Part shown: piece after piece, positions 55,742-64,000 of the stretch
Layout of the letters: each line of letters begins with the position of its first letter
Position numbering within the stretch: the first letter of the stretch is position 1
DNA from: Schmidtea nova
Taxonomy: Eukaryota
Length of the DNA: 64,000 bases
Assembly: GCA_044892505.1 (NCBI GenBank)
Contig: CM097882.1
Location: 209,870,001-209,934,000 of the forward strand
Direction: 5' to 3'
Program-made: the position numbers and the translations under genes
Notes under the pieces: model-generated
Databases searched by the model: none
What the model was told of the DNA's origin: nothing
The model's input: only the letters and a program-made list of their open reading frames with translations

Positions 55742-57154
55742 ATGAGAGCAGAAAGTGAAGCAGATTACCAAACGATCGAGATTCTAAGAAGAGAAAATCG
55801 GCAATGGGGAGTAAATGTGACGTGTGTAAAGTGTAAAAATCTACTGTTAAAACCGAGGCAAACGGAATGTGGATGCAGGATGTGCACTAAGTGTATATTG
55901 CAAATAATCAGTGAAAGTGAGACAAGAAAGTGTCCAGAGTGTGACGATAAACTACTAATCAACGAGACTAAACCAGACAAAGCAATACAAAAGGAGATCT
56001 GGAAGATAAAAAAAGAGTGTGTAAACCAACCATGTGAATGGAAAGGACAAATAATCGAGCTAAGACAACATCTGGAGAAATGCGAAAACAAGAAAGCGAT
56101 ATGTGAAAAGTGTCAACAGACGACAACCATCAAGCAGTCGAAAAATCACAAGGATGAGTGCAAAGCAGAGATAATAGAGTGTCAATACTGCGAACAAAGA
56201 GAGACGAGAGAAGTAATCGAAACAGAGCATCTCAACGTAGCAGAAGAGAAAGTGTGCGGAAAATTCCGAGGAATTTGTCCAAGTAATTGCGAAACCGGAG
56301 AAGAGGTGATGTTGAGAGAACATTGGGAACAATGCGAGTCAAGACCAAGAAAGTGCGTATGGAGTAAACAAGGATGTGCAGTAAAGAAAACGAGCAAAGA
56401 GATGAAAGAGCATTTGGAAACAGAAACGGTACAACACGCCGAGATGTTAACAGAAAATTTGAACGGAATGGAACAAGCCATACAGAAACTGGGAAAAGAA
56501 GTTGAATCTCAGAGGATAATGACGGAGTTATTACTGGAAACGAGAGAGCAATTCGAGCTCACCAGAGAGAAAATGATGGAGAAAATCAAAGTCATAGAGA
56601 CGCTAGTAAAGGAGGTAAATGTACGACATCAAATATGGGTGCGAGATGCGGAGGATATCGAGAGTTTACCTGTTGCACCATATATATGGAAAATCAAGAA
56701 TTTCAACGAAAAGTTCGCAGCAGCAAGAGCAGGAAGTCAAGTGTCGGTAACAAGTCCACCATTTTATCTGTGGAAAAATGGATACAAAGTTCGAATGAGA
56801 ATTTATCCAAATGGAGATGGATCAGGAAAGGAAACGCATGTGTCATTATTCTTTGCGTTGTGTAAAGGTGGTTACGACGACATATTAGAATGGCCGCTAG
56901 AGACAAAGGCTATAATGAGAGTGAAAAACTCGAAAGAAACAATAGCGAGAGTATTCAAAATTGATGGTAAGCACGAAGCTTACAAAAGACCAACCACAGA
57001 ATGTTCATTAGCGACTGGAGAACCAAAATTCATACCACACCAAACAATGTGGGAGATGTTGTACGACGACAAGTTATATGTAGAGTTGGAGATCGAAAAG
57101 AAAGCAAGTACAACAGTGATGAACACGAAGTCAACGAAAGGATGGTTAGAGTAG
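55742..57154 (+). CDS. TRAF-like protein (RING - TRAF zinc fingers - coiled coil - MATH), intronless
   Basis: CVKCKNLLLKPRQTECGCRMC..CPEC; CEWKG..L..HLEKC; YIWKIKNF..SPPFY..GYK..RIYPNGDGSGKETHVSLFF..KGGYDDILEWP. Confidence 0.92.
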   Translation: MRAESEADYQTIEILRRENRQWGVNVTCVKCKNLLLKPRQTECGCRMCTKCILQIISESETRKCPECDDKLLINETKPDKAIQKEIWKIKKECVNQPCEWKGQIIELRQHLEKCENKKAICEKCQQTTTIKQSKNHKDECKAEIIECQYCEQRETREVIETEHLNVAEEKVCGKFRGICPSNCETGEEVMLREHWEQCESRPRKCVWSKQGCAVKKTSKEMKEHLETETVQHAEMLTENLNGMEQAIQKLGKEVESQRIMTELLLETREQFELTREKMMEKIKVIETLVKEVNVRHQIWVRDAEDIESLPVAPYIWKIKNFNEKFAAARAGSQVSVTSPPFYLWKNGYKVRMRIYPNGDGSGKETHVSLFFALCKGGYDDILEWPLETKAIMRVKNSKETIARVFKIDGKHEAYKRPTTECSLATGEPKFIPHQTMWEMLYDDKLYVELEIEKKASTTVMNTKSTKGWLE

Positions 57155-57243
57155 TCAGAGTGAACGACCCTGTAAATAAAGTGTAAAAATTGACAACAAC
57201 AATAAACGTATAGCATAACTAGTGTAAATTTGTAAATTACAGA

Positions 57244-58404
57244 ATGGAAAACGCAAATGAACATGTAATCGAAGAGGAAACGAGAAGCGGGATGTCGAAC
57301 GAACGAGAAGCACTAGAAAGAGAAATCGAAAGGAGATGTAAAGTGGAAGTGGAACAAAGAACCAGAGAGTTACACGAAGCGATGACAAACAATTTCTACG
57401 AGAAACTAAAATGCGAAAGACGAATGGAGTTATATCAACTAGAACTCGAGGAAGTGACTAAAGAGATACTACAACTGACCACACAAATAGAGAAGCTAAA
57501 AGGAACGAATTCACGAAGTCGACAGAAGATAGAAGAGACCTATCAGTTGATGAGAAAACAAGCTGAACATTACAAAAATGTGATGAAAACGCGAAGAGAA
57601 GAGAGGGAGAAACAAGAGGAAAAGATGGAGGTAAAAATACTAGCAATCAAGGCTCAAGCGAGACATTGGAAGATGGAGTCGAAACGAGTGTATAAAGAAG
57701 CCAAAGAGATAATCAGAAGGACAGCACACAGCGAAGATTGGAAACTGTATCAAGAGATAGACGAATTGAAAGAGGAATTGGAACAGAGAAAACGACAAGA
57801 ACAGACAAACAAAGAATGGAGTCGAAAACGACAGCGATTTATTCGAGAACAGGCAAAGGAACTAAAGAAAACGCAATGGCAAATACAGATGATAAATGGA
57901 GAAATGCGAGGCATTAGACAGAAAGAGGAAGCGGAAAGACAAAAGTTGATCAGGGAAAAAGAAAGCCTGGAAAGAGATGTAAATGGTTATCAAGGGGTGG
58001 TGACCCAAAAGAAAATGGAGTTGAAAGCAGTGAAGGAAAGACATGCGGAATCAAACCGAGCTTACGAGGAAAACATAACGAATTTGACGAAAGAAAACGA
58101 GGAACTGAAACAGCAGATAATAACCCTGAAAGCAGAGAAAGAAACCATAGAAGTAGAAACCGAACCAACAGAAGTAGAAGCCCTGAAGAGAAAAGTGGAA
58201 GGGATGGAAAGACAAATCGAAACTCTGAACGAACAATCAGACTATATGGAGTATCTGTTAGATGAAGAGATACAAATCTCTCGAACGTATCAAGATGAAA
58301 TTGCAATGTGGAGAAGTAGAGTGGTGTGGTTACCGTTTATACCACCACCACCAATGGAGCTCCAAGATGAAGGGTTCCATGAACCAGAGGAGACGGATGT
58401 GTAA
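57244..58404 (+). CDS. 386-aa long coiled-coil protein ending in ETDV
   Basis: E/K/R/Q-rich heptad pattern; intact ORF. Confidence 0.75.
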   Translation: MENANEHVIEEETRSGMSNEREALEREIERRCKVEVEQRTRELHEAMTNNFYEKLKCERRMELYQLELEEVTKEILQLTTQIEKLKGTNSRSRQKIEETYQLMRKQAEHYKNVMKTRREEREKQEEKMEVKILAIKAQARHWKMESKRVYKEAKEIIRRTAHSEDWKLYQEIDELKEELEQRKRQEQTNKEWSRKRQRFIREQAKELKKTQWQIQMINGEMRGIRQKEEAERQKLIREKESLERDVNGYQGVVTQKKMELKAVKERHAESNRAYEENITNLTKENEELKQQIITLKAEKETIEVETEPTEVEALKRKVEGMERQIETLNEQSDYMEYLLDEEIQISRTYQDEIAMWRSRVVWLPFIPPPPMELQDEGFHEPEETDV

Positions 58405-58477
58405 AAAGAGGCGAAAAATCCGTGTGTAAAAATGTACAAATCGATGTAACCTGTATTAATCAGCAGAATAATCAGAA

Positions 58478-59002
58478 ATGAACTGGCTCAAAACCCTACC
58501 AATCCTAACGATTATGTTAACTGCAATAATCATGAACTATTCAACAACCGAAATCCAAAGAACCCTGTCAAACGAGATATCCCAAGAGATTGAAAAACAA
58601 CTAAACGAAGTCAGAGAAGACCTGAAACAATTAATCCGACAAATGCGAATCAGTCATGATCATCGCAAACCCTTACAAACCCTATTCAATCAAATCGAGA
58701 AGATCCGAGAAATCCATAAAACATTTCAAGATCAACTAAAGCCAATCAAAGGCCAAACCCAAATCGAATCTGAAATCCGAAACAGATGGATCATCGTTGG
58801 AATAGTCACAATGACAATATTGACAATCATCTTGATCATCGTGATCACGTATACCCTACATCGAATCAGAAGCCTCAAACAACAACAAACGATAATGTGT
58901 AGATGTGCCAAAAGAGAAGCAAAAACCCAACAAAGGATGAGAAGCCATCTACGACAAATTCAAGCCCGATACGAAATGCAGTCAACCAGTGAAAGGACCT
59001 GA
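58478..59002 (+). CDS. 174-aa membrane protein (N-terminal hydrophobic segment, coiled coil, TM, coiled coil)
   Basis: LPILTIMLTAIIM and WIIVGIVTMTILTIILIIVITYTL. Confidence 0.7.
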   Translation: MNWLKTLPILTIMLTAIIMNYSTTEIQRTLSNEISQEIEKQLNEVREDLKQLIRQMRISHDHRKPLQTLFNQIEKIREIHKTFQDQLKPIKGQTQIESEIRNRWIIVGIVTMTILTIILIIVITYTLHRIRSLKQQQTIMCRCAKREAKTQQRMRSHLRQIQARYEMQSTSERT

Positions 59003-59185
59003 GAATCGACCCCTATGAGCCAGAAACATTGAACTGTGTAACAATAAAAACATGACAATGACAATGTGTAACTGTGTAAAAATGTGTATAAAAGCTAACA
59101 CCTTATGTGGTTTTGCATGTAAGTTCTGTCACAAACTTTTTATGTATGTTGAAGTAGGTATATGCATGTTATTGCGGGACGCAAT

Positions 59186-59204
59186 TTTAGGGGACCCCGA
59201 GTGA
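59186..59204 (+). promoter_or_regulatory. Atypical polypurine-tract position
   Basis: TTTAGGGGACCCCGAGTGA directly precedes the 3' LTR; not a pure purine run. Confidence 0.35.
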
Positions 59205-60740
59205 TGTTGGGTCAGCCAAATCGAGCAGCATCTGAAAGATAATACATAAATTAAGAAAATAAAGCTACTTAAAATAACAACAAAATAAATTACCAGCATA
59301 AAAAGTAGAAAATAAGCGGCAACATCTAAGAGAAATAAAGTATTAATCAAAACAAAATAAAACTCAAGAACTCACTCATGCGAAGCAGATAAAATCTGAA
59401 TATGACAGCGCGTGGGCGGCTGTCACCGAAGAGCTAAAACAAAATCAAATAAAAATTAAATCATACAAAAAATAAACTTACCGCATGATTAACCAAATAA
59501 ATCATTGAGTTGAGTTAGGCACCAAAAAGCCGACAACATAAAAAAATGAATCAAACATACACACATACTCGATGCTGATTGGCTGACCAACAACACCGGT
59601 TGAGTATAAATACTGAAGTCAAATCAGTATTTGACAATGTCATTTTTACTGAAGGTAAATCAGTACAACAGTTACTTTTACGGAAGATATTGTAAAACCG
59701 AGTTGGAAATAAAAGGTAATTTGGAGTTATGTTATTGATGTGTTTAAACCCTCATAATTGTTTATAATCATATTAAAATCCATAAGGTTTTCCGGAGGCC
59801 TAACAGCCTGACGGATTCTTGGGCCTCTCAGCGCAACACAATCTTTCGGTTGTGAGGTGCCGATGCGGCGGGACCATAGGTGTTCTAAATATTTAACAAG
59901 CGGAAGGGGGAAGTGCACATAGGATATCTAATGCCATCGTAACAACGGTATGGGCGATAGAAATTGAAGGATGCATCATCTGTCACAACGACATCGAGTG
60001 AATGAGTGTACCTAAGAAGTTTGTCAATAGACCAGGGGTATCTAACGTTCGTGAAGTCGAGTAAAGTAGCAACAGCTTTGTACAGAGGATATGTATCAGG
60101 ATAGACAACATCAAGTCAGCTAAATTAAGTACTGACGAGGGTAGAGATGTACAACGCATGAGTCATGTGAGTTCAGGAGCTGAGAGGGTTAGCGTCAGAG
60201 GTAAACAATGAATCAACAAGGCATCCCAACATATATACACCTCTCGAAGGGTACGAAGGATAGACCCCACGGATATGCCATGATAGTACGATCTATACCC
60301 AATTAGTCTGAGTAAGGGGTTGATCATGTTCCCCGGATGATGTGATCCTTGATAGTTAAAATTGATGGTTGGAGGTAAAACCTGAGGAATGATTGAGCAT
60401 GATTGCTGTAAATATGAACTGAAAAATGTCTCGTAGATAATAACATCCAAACAAAATGAACGGTCAAGTGATCTCTGTAGTTGAAAACAAAATATCATAA
60501 ACAGCACGATGAATTATGCGTGGCCAACTCACATAAGCAAATTGATAGAGTGAATATATTCACCCACAATGATAATAAAATATGACCTACATGGTATCGC
60601 AAACATCGGACTAGTTCAACATTGAACCACCGACTGAAGCCTACAGAGTTTCACCCTTAAGTCGAGTAGGTCGACGGGTATAAATAATCGCGCTTACCCG
60701 ACAAATCTATCACTCTACCATAATTCTTGTCTTCAGCCAC

Positions 60741-61376
60741 ATGATAAAGACCGAAGGATACCAAACGGAGCTGATCGACTCACGACATATGAAAGTGGAG
60801 GATTATGTCATCCGGAGAAAACGACGTACCCGTTCCATCATCCGGCCAAAGAGGAACCCCACCATCGAGGGAGAAATGGAAGCCCCCCGCCGAATTAGTG
60901 CAATTGCACGTCGACACTTACGCCGATGGATAAGACATCATACGAGTGCAGCCGCCGATATTCCGGCTTGTGCCTTCACCATACAACTGCGATGGGAGGG
61001 AGACACCGATTGGACCTCCACCACGGATCCTGCCGAGCCAAGGACCGATAGATGGTTCTATCAATTCCTCGACGAACAGAAACGACCCCGTTGGATATTG
61101 AGTAATGAGATGATGACGGGAAGGGCTCTATATCAATTAGGGTACATGCTGCTAGACAGGCCTCGGTGTCGCTACACTGAGGAAGTCTTCGCCTACTCCA
61201 ACGCGCCAGGAAGCGTGTCTTTAGCGCAACACCCCGAGGCCAAGGAGCTTCGCCTCTGGGAGGTGTTTATCTACAAAGATAAGCTGAGTTGGAACCCAGC
61301 CCCAGAAATGTATTGGGAGAATGGAATTCGTCGCGACGAGCATCCTGCCGATCAGGAATTGAGAGCATCCAGTTGA
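60741..61376 (+). CDS. LTR ORF1, 3' LTR copy
   Basis: One aa difference (C/R) from 34580-35215. Confidence 0.75.
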   Translation: MIKTEGYQTELIDSRHMKVEDYVIRRKRRTRSIIRPKRNPTIEGEMEAPRRISAIARRHLRRWIRHHTSAAADIPACAFTIQLRWEGDTDWTSTTDPAEPRTDRWFYQFLDEQKRPRWILSNEMMTGRALYQLGYMLLDRPRCRYTEEVFAYSNAPGSVSLAQHPEAKELRLWEVFIYKDKLSWNPAPEMYWENGIRRDEHPADQELRASS

Positions 61377-61564
61377 TCGACACCACCCGAGAAAGAATGA
61401 TTGTCATAGATATAAAAATATATGTATTTGTGTGAGAACGGTCTTGTTTTGTTTTCGAGTGTATGAGAATAGCATGATGATAAGGTGGAGTTGTTTCATA
61501 ACGACAGGATGACCGAAAGATCAGACACATAACATATACTACCATTAATGATATATTTACAGAC

Positions 61565-62128
61565 ATGACTGAAACCAAGGACAGAGATTTCAAGCAAGAG
61601 GCGCGAGAACATAAGGCGCGCTCACGAGTTTTGGAGAATCGGTTAAGGCAGCTGAATGAGGAGCATCAGCGGATTAAGACGACATGGTTTAACCCAGAGC
61701 GGGTTAAGTCCATCCTGCAAGCTAGATACAGGGCGGAACGAACAATCAACGAACAGGCGAGAGAGGTCGCAGCCCTGAAATTAGAGTTGGCCAATTACTT
61801 AAAGGTGTCGACCCGAGACTTCATCACCGAGCAGTTGCGTCCTGTGATCCGGGCAAGCACTTTTAATCGATGGGTAGACACGATAGCGGTGACTACGAGC
61901 ACCCAAACGGAAAATGCATCGACCGTAACTACAGCTACTGCAGTGACAGCTACAACTCCTCAAGGATCGCAAAGAACAAAGAGAAGGAATCGCTTAGGAG
62001 CGAAAAAGCGGAGAGAGCGACGTGCATATGCGGATCGCCTAGGAATAGAAATAGACTTGCTCAGCGGTCTATCTGAACAAGAACTTCTGAATGTAATTAG
62101 ACCATCGGTGTTATTAAATTGTAAATAA
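61565..62128 (+). CDS. LTR ORF2, 3' LTR copy
   Basis: One aa difference (V/A) from 35404-35967. Confidence 0.78.
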   Translation: MTETKDRDFKQEAREHKARSRVLENRLRQLNEEHQRIKTTWFNPERVKSILQARYRAERTINEQAREVAALKLELANYLKVSTRDFITEQLRPVIRASTFNRWVDTIAVTTSTQTENASTVTTATAVTATTPQGSQRTKRRNRLGAKKRRERRAYADRLGIEIDLLSGLSEQELLNVIRPSVLLNCK

Positions 62129-64000
62129 ATGTATTGTAAACGAATGATTTGACTTGTCTTGTTTGTTTGTGGAATGTTTGAGGATTGAATGTAACTAAAA
62201 CCCGGATTCATTTAAACTGCAGATATCTAAAAAGTAAATTACCCTATGACAAAAGGAAAGAGCATAAGTGGGACCGAAAGAAATCCACAAACACCTTCTA
62301 TCGGTAGTGGTGGACCCGTGAATAAACAAGGGAATAGTAGCCGCAAGGTTGCTCACCTGCCTTGTCATTTCACAACGTTGACACAGCACCAACATGATGA
62401 GTAGTTAGGGATACATCATGGGTGTCAGCGGGGGAATGTTTTTATGTTGGCGAGATCACCCTAACATATAAAATCACAATGATCTCAGTTGTCAATCTAA
62501 CCAACACACCAGCACTGGTCATTGTTATATACGTAATAAACAGTATATTTAATGTAAGTTTTAATATTTATGTTGTACGAATGTATTTGGAAAGAAGATC
62601 TGTTGAGCCAAGCAGAATCTCCGGTAAAAATCTGTCTTGGGGCAGCTGGGGTGAATGTTGTGTGGAGTATGCAATGGTGTGTCTGCGTTTGGGTGTATGT
62701 TAATGTTTTATTATCAACAAATATTAAAAACAAAATTTTAACCAATAACTTTTTAAAATTTTATTTATTGAAACACAACCAAATAGAAGAATGAATACTC
62801 ACGTGTGTGCCAAAACAATGACGGTCGAATAATAATTGTTACATAATTGTCGAATAATTATTAAGTAATAATAGCAGTACTATGATGGTTGGATAATTGT
62901 TGGATAGCAATTGTTGTACAACGATAGAATGATAATTGCAGGATTATAATCAATAGATTATCGAGATCGTCGTGATTCCTCTAGTCCGTGCCAGTTCTAA
63001 GTTGACCGTTTAGTGTACAACGACGATCATCAATCCGAAGACCAACAACCAAAGCAAAATTCGCCCATCAACCAGTTAAAAAAGTACCATCTCAACACCA
63101 TTTCAAGTTGCCTCAAAACAGCATCAAAACAGCTCAATTCTAAACCAACTGACTTCTTAACTAAGCCCATCATACCCGGTCCTTAGAGCCAATCCTTTTA
63201 CCGAAGGTACGGATCTAATTTGCCGACTTCATGAATCGAGATCGTTAAATTATATTTTGGTTTTATCTTTCGTTTTGTTTTCTTCCACTAAGCAATTTTT
63301 TAAATAATTACTGGACAATAGTTGAATCGAGATTTTTAAATTATTTTTTGGTTTTATTCTCTTCTACTTGGCAATTTCCTAAATAATTTCTTTAGTTGTT
63401 TATTTTTTCCAATCTTTCTTAGCTCTTGAATTTGTAGTTTTTTAAATGTTTCGTTTTTTTAAAATTTCTATATTAATTATCAATTTTTTAATTTTTTTGA
63501 ATTCTCTATATTAAGTCGGCAAGTTAATAAACGACTTCGATCACTAGAACTGGGGGCAGGAGGCGGAAATAATTTGTTTAATAAATAATAAAATAACAGC
63601 AATAACAACAAAAATAACTACATAAAAATATTAATTTGATAACATAAGTTATTAATGTTTCATGTTTTGAGTTGTTACTGTGAGCCCTGGTAGCGTCAAT
63701 GTCATATCGACTGTCAACAACCCACCACGAGGATAAAACCACAGTAATTTGTTTTCGTGTATTGACAATAACCCACAAAATTTTTTTTGGTAACAGTGCT
63801 TACTTTTTGCGGATATCCTCCCATTTGCTACAGTACTACACAACTGATAAAATAGGGTTTTATAGTGTTTACTTGGAAATTTCTAGGAAAAACTAGGAAT
63901 TAGATCAACCAGTATTACCAACTCAATTTGTCAAGCACGATAATTATCAATATTCCGTAATCAATTCATTATGAATTTTACAATTTAAAAATAAGAAATC

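Larger units (their letters stand above)
33044..62514 (+). mobile_element. Giant intact Ty3/Gypsy LTR retroelement B, 29,471 bp (Burro-like)
   Basis: TG...CA LTR pair, TSD, PBS, and an uninterrupted polyprotein in Gypsy order PR-RT-RH-IN. Confidence 0.97.
59205..62514 (+). repeat. 3' LTR of element B (3,310 bp)
   Basis: Direct repeat of 33044-36353. Confidence 0.97.

Noticed and set aside
55742-57154. TRAF as an independent host gene
   Set aside because: It lies between two near-identical LTRs bounded by a TSD, is intronless and shares the element's codon bias.
33044-62514. Classification as BEL/Pao, Copia, DIRS or a true retrovirus
   Set aside because: Domain order PR-RT-RH-IN, RT motifs (YIDD, MPFGL.NAP), the GPY/F integrase tail and the 4-bp TSD fit Ty3/Gypsy; no tyrosine recombinase.
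62519-64000. Right flank as a coding region or further element
   Set aside because: Only short ORFs without motifs; no repeats or termini identifiable by eye.

Overview
AT-rich eukaryotic DNA dominated by two related giant Ty3/Gypsy-type LTR retroelements arranged head-to-head. Element B (33044-62514, +, 29,471 bp) is complete and young. It has two 3,310-bp LTRs differing at about 7 sites by eye, a 4-bp CTGG target-site duplication and a tRNA-Pro-type primer-binding site (PBS). Its single uninterrupted 4,958-aa polyprotein runs: Gag (CA, 3 CCHC) - ubiquitin-like domains - AT-hook - Bcl-2-like domain - signal peptide + chuvirus/gB-type (class III-like) glycoprotein + TM - protease - RT - RNase H - integrase - ankyrin repeats - FN3-like Cys modules - TM. 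It also carries accessory ORFs: two inside each LTR, an IAP-type RING, a full TRAF-like RING-ZnF-MATH protein, two coiled-coil proteins and a two-TM protein. Element A (1-21297, -, running off the window) is a decayed sister family with the same architecture, broken by nonsense codons and frameshifts. Comparing A and B reveals conserved features outside the ORFs: a YAG splice acceptor just before every accessory ATG, RNA helices with compensatory changes in the 5' leader, and an env module exchanged more recently than RT. The 11.7 kb between them is TE debris: a Tigger pseudogene, two copies of a small Gypsy element, a solo-LTR-like insert and a pogo fragment. Size and cargo recall the Burro giant retroelements reported from the planarian Schmidtea mediterranea, so the host may be a flatworm (inference). 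How novel the element is must be checked against those elements. All domain calls come from motif recognition by eye, not database searches.
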